A stretch of DNA of 43,345 nt, taken from the sequence record OR352933.1, one strand, 5' to 3'. The DNA is from Escherichia phage AV102. The position numbers and the translations under genes were made by a program. The notes beneath the pieces were generated by a model that did not search any database, had not been told where the DNA came from, and saw nothing but the letters and a program-made list of their open reading frames with translations. Shown here piece by piece: positions 1-8,219 of this stretch (position 1 is the stretch's first letter; every line of letters begins with the position of its first letter).

Positions 1-16
1 GGGATTCAATCTAGCT
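1..16. repeat. Terminal direct repeat copy: gggattcaatctagct, also the last ~16 nt of the window
   Basis: Exact identity of window start and window end; consistent with terminal redundancy or a circularisation overlap of a complete phage genome. True repeat length cannot be judged from one copy. Confidence 0.6.
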
Positions 17-239
17 TATGTCCTTCGCGGTGTCAACCCTTTTTATCGAGTATCTAACCCTTCACACTATCTAGCTTTAATCCGGCGGAGTCTCCCGACT
101 CTGCCCCGTTCAGCGCCTCAGCGCCTCCCGGTGATTGAACTATAGCGCCAATAAACCAAAAGAAGCAAGTATTTTTTAATGCTTTTTGCAATTATTTATC
201 TCTAAGAGCAAAAAGGGTAAGCAGGGCAAATACTTAGCC

Positions 240-935
240 AATGCTTCCATTCTAGGGATAGCTCTAGGGATAGCCCAATACTAGCCAATACTAGCCAATA
301 CCATCTAACACTACACAAAGCAGAACGTAGTGCCCGTACGAAGTGAAAGGGCACGTAGTGATGCGGTGACTGTGTTGGTAATGCTTACTCCCTACGGTCG
401 TAATATAGGGCATTACTAGGGGATACTAGTGAGTAGTAGTAAGTAGTATGTATCTAGTGCCCTAAAACCCTCCTACTCCTGTAACATCATTTCAAATTAG
501 CTTTCGAATGAAAGTAAGGGTAAGGGATAGCTCTAGGGATAGCAAGGGATAACGCTAGGTGGCGGATAGTGGTGAGTAGTGGATGTGCGCCCTAGTGGGG
601 AGCGCGCAGCGTAGCATATAATCGGCACAATGTAAAGCACTAGAGATAACCCTAGAGATAGCTCTAGAGATAGCATATAGACGCACTAGCGGCGCACTGG
701 GCGGCCCACTACTGGCCCACTAGAGGCCCGCAAAATAAGCAAGGCAGAGCGCACCCCTACGCCCCACAGAGAGCACCCAGAGCGCACGCAGGGATAAACC
801 TAGTGCCTCCCAGAGCTTCCCAGAGCCTCTACAAGGAGCACATAGGGATAGGCATAGGATAGCTCCAGTGATAGCCATTAGACCGCGCAGGGAGCTTCTG
901 CGGCCCTCATGGAGCGCACTAGGGATAGCCATCTA
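240..935. repeat. Repeat-rich noncoding genome terminus with tandem and dispersed CTAG-containing 10-12-mers
   Basis: TCTAGGGATAGC x2 tandem (251-274); CTAGCCAATA x3 tandem (271-300); CTAGAGATA(A/G)C x3 tandem (640-674); further GGGATAGC copies at 524-559, 843-876 and 919-930. No credible ORF. Confidence 0.8.
471..487 (-). promoter_or_regulatory. Copy 1 of the exact 17-bp element (minus-strand ATGTTACAGGAGTAGGA); candidate phage RNA polymerase promoter near the genome end
   Basis: Plus-strand tcctactcctgtaacat, identical to 11157-11173 and 22743-22759. Lies in the noncoding terminus with no gene downstream, positionally like T7 phiOR. Confidence 0.45.
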
Positions 936-1157
936 GCCGTCTAGACACCCCCCCCCATCCTTTATACACTAGGCACCCCCTATGGGGGCACTGGGGCGCG
1001 TTGAGGGTGAGGGAGGGCCTCGCGTGAGTCTAACAAATTTCGAGTTCAGGTATACATCTGCGCAGGGGAGAAGCCCCAGTGATGTTCCAGGCGCTTCTCT
1101 TGTATGCACTTGCAACCCCTAGAGAGTATCTGTGCTCTTTAGGTGTCAGTAATATAA

Positions 1158-2678
1158 CTACCGCTGCGCTGATACCGTCCAGCCAAAGTAGTGGTCCCCC
1201 GATACATTATTACGAACACGTATAATAATGTTCTGACCAGATACCTCAAACCAGAACGGGGCGTTGATATCTGTAGTAGGAGTTACCTGAACGTAGCGAC
1301 CTTGTAAGGCGCGCGATATACCGGTAGGTACAGTAACCGAGTTGGTCCCTGAAGCCATCTTAGCTGCCCCAGTATTATAAGTAACATACTGCGGGCAGTT
1401 CTCGATGGTGACAGCTGCATCGCTAGCATTACTTATTGCACCGTTTACATTACCTCGGGCATCTACGTTAACGAACTTAACACCACTACCAATACCGTCA
1501 GATATAAAGATCCCGTAACCTTGATTATTAAACTCGAATACAGGAGTTGCACCAGCCTTAACGTTTGTGAAGTTCACATTCTGCACCCCGGCCCCTAACT
1601 CTATTCCGTGCTTCTGTCCGCGGGTTGCCATACTGTTAGCATTACAACTGATGTTACTGAAGTTAATGCCTCCTACACTATAACCTGTGAGCAGTATCCC
1701 TGAGCCTTTATTGTTAACACAGGTCAGTCCGTTAAAGTTCAGGTTCTCAAGCCCACCATTCTCAGCATTAAGGTGTACTCCAGGATGTAATGCAGTCGTC
1801 CCACAAGAACTTCCCCAGCAACCGTTGAAGTTCAGGTCTGAGACACTGGCTCCCCCCATAGGGGCAAACATTAACCCACACTCCTTACAGGTATCGCCTA
1901 AGATAGCAGTGTAGAAACTCCCCCTACACTTAGTAGCACCAGACGGTAGCCAGGCGTAACCATACTTCATTCCCAAACAGTCGATGTTAGACGCATAGAC
2001 GCCAGAGGCATTGACCTCCTTAACCCCACATCCTTTACCACCTCCTGACAGTACTAGGTTCTGCAGGAACACATCCTGAACTACAGCCGAAGAGGTATCG
2101 CCTATCACAATAACATCTTCGCTAGTAGTTGCACCGTTAATGGTACAGTTGTTTACGCGGTAAATAAACTGCTGGGGACCGCCGTGCATCTTAAGGAAGT
2201 TATAGAAGGGACCATCTACACGAACATTCTCCAGGCATAAGTTGTATCCGTTAGTCCACGTAATGAAGTCGCCGCGCGTATGTGTCCCATCCACAATAAT
2301 TTGTAGGTCACGGATATGAACATTATTAATATTGGTAGATGCTGTACCGATGGCTGCAAAAGGCACGTTAATTGCAGAGTATAAAAGTACAGTGCTGCCC
2401 TGTCCTGCTCCCACCAAATGCACATTATTATAGAATGTAAGAGAGCCCTTTAAAGTCCATGTACCAGAAGGTACAGTTACGGCCCCTCCTCCTAGGCTGT
2501 GAGCGTGATTAATCGCGGCTTGGAAGGCAGCTCGTGAGTCAGTATTACCTGGAATAGCTCCGAAGTCTGCAACACTAATGTTATCCATTAGTTTAGACTC
2601 CATGGTACGTTCAACTGCACCTGTTGCAGACGCTTTCCAGTTAACTAACCATGTAGCCACTTTGGTAAGATTTAGCAT
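1158..2678 (-). CDS. Tailspike / receptor-binding protein with pectate-lyase-like beta-helix (probable capsule or polysaccharide depolymerase)
   Basis: 506 aa. N-terminal DFGAIPGNTDSRAAFQAAINHA...GGAVTVPSGTW resembles the pectate lyase superfamily signature; Gly/Asn/Ser-rich repetitive body with many Cys; last gene of the genome. Confidence 0.75.
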   Translation of the reverse strand: MLNLTKVATWLVNWKASATGAVERTMESKLMDNISVADFGAIPGNTDSRAAFQAAINHAHSLGGGAVTVPSGTWTLKGSLTFYNNVHLVGAGQGSTVLLYSAINVPFAAIGTASTNINNVHIRDLQIIVDGTHTRGDFITWTNGYNLCLENVRVDGPFYNFLKMHGGPQQFIYRVNNCTINGATTSEDVIVIGDTSSAVVQDVFLQNLVLSGGGKGCGVKEVNASGVYASNIDCLGMKYGYAWLPSGATKCRGSFYTAILGDTCKECGLMFAPMGGASVSDLNFNGCWGSSCGTTALHPGVHLNAENGGLENLNFNGLTCVNNKGSGILLTGYSVGGINFSNISCNANSMATRGQKHGIELGAGVQNVNFTNVKAGATPVFEFNNQGYGIFISDGIGSGVKFVNVDARGNVNGAISNASDAAVTIENCPQYVTYNTGAAKMASGTNSVTVPTGISRALQGRYVQVTPTTDINAPFWFEVSGQNIIIRVRNNVSGDHYFGWTVSAQR

Positions 2679-2687
2679 TCTGTTCCC

Positions 2688-3287
2688 TTATCTAGGTATA
2701 GCGGCAACTGCCGCTTGCGTTGATTTGAATTCATTCCCTATAGCCTTAGATTCCCACATACGGCGCTCCCATAGGCCCCAGCATACCTTATTACGCTGCC
2801 CGTTAATATACTGAGAGCAGTCAAAGGTCCAGCGGTTGCCACCCTTGTACACCCAACCGGTGCCTGGGGATTTCTGCTGGTACTTGCTAATGTAACGCCA
2901 GTTCAGCACAGCCTTTCCAGCCGCTGCGTAATCTAGGTTTTTGAGGTGCCGTTTCACAGCGCTGCCATTGAAGCCGGCTACGCCTACGTTATAGATGAAG
3001 TCTACAGACCCTATCAGAGCCACGTCAGAGAGCTGCATAGGAAGCCCGTCAAGAGCCTTAGCATGTTCCCCTGCTGATTCTATCAGTTGCTTCTGACAGT
3101 CGCTCAGCGTGGCTCTCTGACCCATTTTGACACCCTTTGTCTCCCCGTAGCAGATCGTAGGGATACCGGCACTGTCCTTGTAGGCTGTAAGACTCAAACC
3201 TTCATTGTGCTGGACTACCTCAGTAATAGCCCCGCCAAGCATAGTAGCCCCGGCGAGTGCAGCTATAACCCTAGTCCTTAAACTCAT
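2688..3287 (-). CDS. Endolysin, T4-lysozyme-like muramidase (GH24) with signal-arrest-release N-terminus
   Basis: Catalytic E-x8-D-x5-T context (NEGLSLTAYKDSAGIPTICYGET); Gly/Ala-rich weakly hydrophobic N-terminus RVIAALAGATMLGGAIT. Start moved to the internal Met at 3287 (RBS AAGGGGG upstream); the track ORF extends to 3311. Confidence 0.8.
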   Translation of the reverse strand: MSLRTRVIAALAGATMLGGAITEVVQHNEGLSLTAYKDSAGIPTICYGETKGVKMGQRATLSDCQKQLIESAGEHAKALDGLPMQLSDVALIGSVDFIYNVGVAGFNGSAVKRHLKNLDYAAAGKAVLNWRYISKYQQKSPGTGWVYKGGNRWTFDCSQYINGQRNKVCWGLWERRMWESKAIGNEFKSTQAAVAAIPR

Positions 3288-3522
3288 ATTTAATAGCCCC
3301 CTTACGTGCATGCTCCTCTAGGAGCTTGTATGTGCGCCATTTATAGTACGCATTCCACGCCAGGGTTAGCACTGCACACACCGTCGCAGTGATGAAGCTG
3401 ATAACACTCCAGTCCCAACTCCTTAGCTCTGCCAACCAACCTCCTGAGACTGTAGCACCAGTAACAGCTGCTCCTGCCCGGGTAGCGAGGTCTGCCCCAA
3501 CTACATCTCCCACTTTAATCAT
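3271..3522 (-). CDS. Holin, pinholin-like
   Basis: 83 aa; Gly/Ala-rich weak first TMD, strongly hydrophobic second TMD (WSVISFITATVCAVLTLAW), charged C-terminus; sits directly upstream of the SAR endolysin. Confidence 0.55.
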   Translation of the reverse strand: MIKVGDVVGADLATRAGAAVTGATVSGGWLAELRSWDWSVISFITATVCAVLTLAWNAYYKWRTYKLLEEHARKGAIKYEFKD

Positions 3523-3919
3523 CCTGCTGACCCTTCTTCCTAAATAGCTTACGAATCACCAGAATGGCCACTAGGAAGACCAAAGGGATGCTGGCCCCTG
3601 CTAATCCGGCGAGAATAAGACTATAACTATCGTTGTTAACCACCTGTAGGCGCTCTGCCTGGATTGTGCCTGTACTAATAGTCTGCACTTGCTTCTTGCT
3701 AGAAGTATCCAGTGTACCTACGTTAGAATCCTGTACATCGGTTTTGTTGGTGGTGCTGGAGTCCACCTTATTATTCAGCCCGAGCATCTGCTTAGTATTC
3801 TCAGCGCCAACCTGAGCAGATACTTCCGGCTTAGAACCAACTAAGCCGGTCAGTGCAGAGGTCGCTGAGCAACCAGTCAGAGTAACCGCGAGCAGTAACC
3901 CAGCGACCAGTTTGCGCAT
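3515..3919 (-). CDS. Candidate unimolecular spanin (lipoprotein with C-terminal transmembrane anchor)
   Basis: 134 aa; N-terminal signal with lipobox LTGC; Ser/Thr/Gln-rich periplasmic body; C-terminal TMD SLILAGLAGASIPLVFLVAILVI followed by RKLFRKKGQQDD; within the lysis cassette. Confidence 0.55.
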   Translation of the reverse strand: MRKLVAGLLLAVTLTGCSATSALTGLVGSKPEVSAQVGAENTKQMLGLNNKVDSSTTNKTDVQDSNVGTLDTSSKKQVQTISTGTIQAERLQVVNNDSYSLILAGLAGASIPLVFLVAILVIRKLFRKKGQQDD

Positions 3920-4101
3920 TAGCTAGCCGCCTTCACCGCTGCAATAGCAGCTTCCAGTGCGGCAACCTTAGTGTCGAACGCTACACCAGTCTGGGCTACG
4001 TTCTGAGGCTGTGTAAGGATTGCATACAGGTCCTTACCCAGAATGTTCAGTTGACGCAGCAGCTCCTGCTGCTGTGCTTGTGTCGCCTTAGCAATTGCCA
4101 T
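3919..4101 (-). CDS. Hypothetical protein (60 aa, Ala/Gln-rich helical)
   Basis: ORF abuts neighbours in the compact late operon; no recognisable motif. Confidence 0.4.
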   Translation of the reverse strand: MAIAKATQAQQQELLRQLNILGKDLYAILTQPQNVAQTGVAFDTKVAALEAAIAAVKAAS

Positions 4102-4114
4102 AGTGATTCTCCTA

Positions 4115-4492
4115 TTATGCTGCAGCAGCGTTAGTCGCTGCTACGAAGGCCGACTGTAGGGCCGTGAATGAGTTGTCGAAGTCTGTACCGGAACCCTCAC
4201 CTAGCGGCATACCTGTACCAGTGAGCGCTACGTAGCCGGTCTTGCTAAGCTGGAACAGCATGGAGAACAGTCGCGCCTGCAGGGTGCCATCATCCTTAAA
4301 GGATTCCCCGACAGCTGTAGCCGGGTAGCCTTGGGACTCCATGTAGGTAAAGAACGCGTTGAATTTATCCAGCGCACCCGTACCCACAAAGCCGACATTG
4401 TAGTCAGGGGCCACCTCTTTCTCAAGGTTTTGGCTCTTGCCTACAATGGCGTACTGTACATCCGCAGACTTAGCCGCGATGATTGATGCCAT
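4115..4492 (-). CDS. Hypothetical protein (125 aa)
   Basis: ORF immediately downstream of the large terminase, 1-nt overlap; no recognisable motif. Confidence 0.5.
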   Translation of the reverse strand: MASIIAAKSADVQYAIVGKSQNLEKEVAPDYNVGFVGTGALDKFNAFFTYMESQGYPATAVGESFKDDGTLQARLFSMLFQLSKTGYVALTGTGMPLGEGSGTDFDNSFTALQSAFVAATNAAAA

Positions 4493-6348
4493 TATCGTCT
4501 TCCTCTATGTTGTTTGCCTCTACCCCGACTTTGCAGCCGTGCAGCGACTCCCCGCAACTGTTTCTGGACCATACCCTGCGCCCAGTCCAACGGGTTATTG
4601 ATGAATGCTAGTGCCTGCTTCTCAGACTCTCGTGCAGCTACCACTTTCTCGTCTTCTACTAGATGCCCGTTCAGTACTGCGACCATCATAGCGATGGCGT
4701 CTGCTCGGTCATCCTTAGCCAAGCTACCCCGGTCATACGTAATACCTGCGAGCTGTGCGAACGCAGAGTACAACCAGCGACGATCTCGGGAGTATCGCAT
4801 ACAAGTCCCAATATCATCGTGAATAGCACGCTCATGCACCACTAGGCGGTGTCGTCGAGTTACTGGGCTGATTGTGTCTATAATACGACGTTCTTTCTGC
4901 GTGGTGTTGTTAATGTCACGCACACCAATACCAGCAAGGCGACGCTCCCTCAGGCGGTTCAGAATCAACATAGACACAGTACCGTGCCCCATGTTACTCT
5001 CCACCACCATGTCAGAGATATCCAACTCTACGCACAAATCAATGAGCTTATCGATATTCTCAGTGCTTACGCCTCCTTGGAAACCCCCAACGGAGAACAA
5101 GTGAATGTATGAGTTTGCAGCCCCACCAGCAGCATAGGAGACTTCATCCCCACCACAACCAGCTGGGTCCACCACCAGCACCTTGTGCTGATACGGCAAG
5201 TGCATATCTCCGTAGAATGCCGGGAAGTACATCTGCTGACCCATAATCCCCTCATGCTCGTGCTGGTATAAGTACCGGCGGTCCGCAATATAGGAGAAGG
5301 TCTCTGGGGAGGAATCCTGGCTACCAGAGTAAACCAGCATATCCGAAAGCTTGATACGTGTACGCATCTGGTCGGACAGGGTTGTGTCGAGCATGTACTG
5401 CAGCTGGAAGCCTTCCGGACCAAAGTCCAGCTCCTTCTCAATCAGCGCATCCTCGTCATAGCGCCCGGGGTCCGTGCTCTCCCCTAGCGTCCCGTCGACA
5501 CCGAAGCCGGTGCGTTTATAGCCGCGCTCAATAAGCTCCAGGATATAAGGAGCAAGTGTACTTCCATATCGCTCTTCCATTTCAACAGACGGAATGCGCC
5601 CAGGCCACACGCGGACCTCGAAGCCACGTCCCGGCAGTGTTTTATAGATACTGTCCTTGGTCTGTGGTGTACCCAGGTACAGCGTATCCCCGTGCGTACA
5701 GATGGCCGCGAAGTCTTTAGAAATCGTCAGCAGCTGCTCGCGCTGGGTTTGCGTTAAGCCGTTCTTGGTGGTCTCGATATCGTCCGGAATCAGTAGGTCC
5801 GCACGCTTCCCCTGTAGGGATGCAGTGATACCTACACAGGCTACGCTGGCGGACTTATCCAGAGGTTTCAGGTCACAGTGTACGTCGTAACCTTCAAAGG
5901 AGGTTCGGTCCCCACGTGTAGGGTCAGCCTTCAAGTAGCACAGCAGCGGCCAGGTTTCCAGCATCCGAATGATTAAGTTTGCTACATCGGAAGCCTGCTT
6001 CTCAGCACCCGACACAATCAGGATACGGCAGGATTGGTCCTGGATGAGCCTCCAGACAGCGTAGAGCGCAGCTAGTGTAGACTTAGCCTCACCACGCTGT
6101 GCAGCCACCATGCGCTTCCTAGGGCCCTTCTGCATATACTCCGCAATGTCGGCTTGCATGTCCGTGAGCGTAAAGCCTAGGAAGCGCATGCCTATATATG
6201 CGAACTCCCTGAAATTACTGAGGGTAGCCGCCATCATCATGGCGATATCCTCGCGCTCCTCTTTGGGAATACTGCGCGGGTTCGCATTATAACCAGTAAG
6301 TTTCTGGTTGAGCATGCGCAGTCTTCGCGCAGTCTTCACCGATACCAT
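4492..6348 (-). CDS. Terminase large subunit (DNA maturase B)
   Basis: 618 aa; size and position after the small terminase match T7 gp19-like arrangement. Confidence 0.8.
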   Translation of the reverse strand: MVSVKTARRLRMLNQKLTGYNANPRSIPKEEREDIAMMMAATLSNFREFAYIGMRFLGFTLTDMQADIAEYMQKGPRKRMVAAQRGEAKSTLAALYAVWRLIQDQSCRILIVSGAEKQASDVANLIIRMLETWPLLCYLKADPTRGDRTSFEGYDVHCDLKPLDKSASVACVGITASLQGKRADLLIPDDIETTKNGLTQTQREQLLTISKDFAAICTHGDTLYLGTPQTKDSIYKTLPGRGFEVRVWPGRIPSVEMEERYGSTLAPYILELIERGYKRTGFGVDGTLGESTDPGRYDEDALIEKELDFGPEGFQLQYMLDTTLSDQMRTRIKLSDMLVYSGSQDSSPETFSYIADRRYLYQHEHEGIMGQQMYFPAFYGDMHLPYQHKVLVVDPAGCGGDEVSYAAGGAANSYIHLFSVGGFQGGVSTENIDKLIDLCVELDISDMVVESNMGHGTVSMLILNRLRERRLAGIGVRDINNTTQKERRIIDTISPVTRRHRLVVHERAIHDDIGTCMRYSRDRRWLYSAFAQLAGITYDRGSLAKDDRADAIAMMVAVLNGHLVEDEKVVAARESEKQALAFINNPLDWAQGMVQKQLRGVAARLQSRGRGKQHRGRR

Positions 6349-6656
6349 TAGACAATTCCTTCTAGTAAGTCCTCAGAGTCTGAACCACTAATCTTGTTTA
6401 AAATCTCTTTCTTACGCGCCTCTCTGCGCGCCGCTAGTTCGTCATCGAATTCATCACGTAGCTCCTGCATCTCCTCGGAATCTGCATCGGCGGTGATGTC
6501 ATTGTCTTTCAGGAACTTGGCAATAACAGATTTATCGGCAGCCGGTAAAGGGACCGCATCTTCCCCGGCCTGACGCAGCTCCTCAATGAGCGCCTCCGTG
6601 AACATTCGGTGCAGGTCACTGAGTCTGCTACGCGTTCCTGCCTTGGATACAGCCAT
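6348..6656 (-). CDS. Terminase small subunit (DNA maturase A), putative
   Basis: 102 aa acidic protein immediately upstream of and overlapping the large terminase; position equivalent to T7 gp18. Confidence 0.55.
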   Translation of the reverse strand: MAVSKAGTRSRLSDLHRMFTEALIEELRQAGEDAVPLPAADKSVIAKFLKDNDITADADSEEMQELRDEFDDELAARREARKKEILNKISGSDSEDLLEGIV

Positions 6657-6665
6657 AAACCCTCC

Positions 6666-7007
6666 TTACCAACCCACGGTGTAAATCAAAGTACCCGCTG
6701 GGAGTTCACTGGCGAAAGTTACAGTAGCACCGCTGAGCGTGTAGCTATAGCCGGGAATCTGAATAATCCCATTGATGTAGATATCTACATCAGTGTAGGT
6801 GTTAGTTAAGGTAAAGGTAGTCCCTGCCTTGGATACAGTCAGGTACGCCGATGTACGGACACCCGGCTTAAGCGGCTTACCCCCAGCAGTGCTGCCGTCT
6901 CCAATAGTCAAAGTGTTGCTAGTGGTCAGAAGAACCAACTCCCCGACCTTCAACACCTTGGTTGCCACTACGGCATCAGCACCTCGGCGTAGTTGTAAAG
7001 TTGGCAT
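6666..7007 (-). CDS. Small tail fibre-like protein, paralog of 7020-7466
   Basis: 113 aa; N-terminus MPTLQLRRG...GEL...GDGSTAGG matches the conserved tail-fibre N-terminal motif shared with the upstream ORF. Confidence 0.55.
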   Translation of the reverse strand: MPTLQLRRGADAVVATKVLKVGELVLLTTSNTLTIGDGSTAGGKPLKPGVRTSAYLTVSKAGTTFTLTNTYTDVDIYINGIIQIPGYSYTLSGATVTFASELPAGTLIYTVGW

Positions 7008-7019
7008 TTCTACCCCCTA

Positions 7020-7466
7020 TTAGGTAATGACACCCAGGTCAATATTTCCCAACGTAGTAGCGATGGTAACAGCAACTGAGCCATCAAAGTTAGCTGTACC
7101 AGTAACGGCACCAGACAATGCAATAGCTCTGGCAGTAGTCAGCTTAGCAGCACTACCCGTGGTGTTGACACTAGCAGTACCGGTTAGCAAACTTGCTGGG
7201 ACAGCGGTAACTGCAAACGTAATGTCAGCACTACCGTCGAAACGTCGAGGGGCCGCCGTAATACCGGAGAAGCCAATAGTTCGAGCAGTCTTCAGTTTAT
7301 CGGCGGTGGATGCCGGGGTACCGGCACCTACCGGGAAGCCACCTGCGGTTGTACCATCACCCACGTAGATAATTTTAGCGGTGCTGTCATACACCAGCTC
7401 CCCGGCAAGCGGGATATACTTAGAGACCTGGGCGGTAGTCCCACGTTTAAGTTGTAAAGTTGGCAT
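7020..7466 (-). CDS. Small tail fibre protein with two internal fibre repeats
   Basis: 148 aa; N-terminus MPTLQLKRG...GEL...GDGTTAGG; two internal repeats KLKTARTIGFSGITAAPRRFDGSADITFAVTAV and KLTTARAIALSGAVTGTANFDGSVAVTIATTL typical of phage tail fibre repeats. Confidence 0.6.
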   Translation of the reverse strand: MPTLQLKRGTTAQVSKYIPLAGELVYDSTAKIIYVGDGTTAGGFPVGAGTPASTADKLKTARTIGFSGITAAPRRFDGSADITFAVTAVPASLLTGTASVNTTGSAAKLTTARAIALSGAVTGTANFDGSVAVTIATTLGNIDLGVIT

Positions 7467-8218
7467 CAGAGTTCTCCTAAGTCCATGTTATATACATACT
7501 CTTTTAAGTCGTCGAACTCAGACCGTGACACTGCATCCAAGTCCGTCGAATCCTGTCCGATACGCACAGATACTACTGTACCAGCCGGAATTGTCTCAGC
7601 CAGGATAATCTGGTTGTTCGCAATACTGAACCCGTAACCGATATCCTGGTGCACCCCATCAAGATACAAGGTGGCGCGAGTAAATCGGTACGGCGGGCTG
7701 ATGGTATTAGTCGGGACCGTGGTAACAGTACACCACGGGATAGTCACATCATCCGTGTTTATACCCTGCTCAAGCGCGGTTACACGGGCATCTACCGCAT
7801 CCAGTTGTCCCTTGTTTACAGCGTCGCCAGGATTAACACCATCCCCAAGATTGGTAATCCGGTAGCCGTTCATGCTTATATCCCCGTAGAATCCGGGGAT
7901 GGCCCTACCCTCCACCATCTCTTGAGCTAAGTGTAAGAACTGTGTGTTTTGAGAGTCTACGTTCACCTCGATGAATGGGGAACCACTAGCAAACTCAATG
8001 TACAGATACTCGCGCTCAGTCTTGCGAATGAGCAGTACCGTCGTATCCGCTGTTAAGGCTGTGTTCAGCCTAATATTTGTAGAGCTGGTCCAGGTGTACC
8101 CAGTGGTTTCAACGCCGTCGAGATATACATGAATATAGGACTTGTCCAAATACTCAATATCACACTGGATATCCTGGGTACCAGCTGGCTTGATTTGCTC
8201 TTGCCAGCTGTACGCCAT
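7466..8218 (-). CDS. Tail fibre adaptor protein (homolog of the T7 gp17 N-terminal tail-attachment domain)
   Basis: 250 aa; position directly after the gp16-like gene; N-terminal region resembles T7 gp17 N-terminus; no enzymatic or distal domain. Confidence 0.7.
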   Translation of the reverse strand: MAYSWQEQIKPAGTQDIQCDIEYLDKSYIHVYLDGVETTGYTWTSSTNIRLNTALTADTTVLLIRKTEREYLYIEFASGSPFIEVNVDSQNTQFLHLAQEMVEGRAIPGFYGDISMNGYRITNLGDGVNPGDAVNKGQLDAVDARVTALEQGINTDDVTIPWCTVTTVPTNTISPPYRFTRATLYLDGVHQDIGYGFSIANNQIILAETIPAGTVVSVRIGQDSTDLDAVSRSEFDDLKEYVYNMDLGEL

Positions 8219-8219
8219 A

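Noticed and set aside
720-932. 70-aa minus-strand ORF in the terminal region
   Set aside because: Lies entirely within the CTAG-repeat arrays, has no RBS, low-complexity composition, and is isolated from any operon.
240-935. Possible CRISPR array in the terminal repeats
   Set aside because: Repeat units are only 10-12 bp, directly tandem or irregularly spaced, with no uniform spacers and no cas genes.
948-956. C9 homopolymer as a phase-variation switch
   Set aside because: It lies in noncoding terminal DNA with no adjacent ORF or promoter to regulate; noted only as a tract prone to sequencing error.
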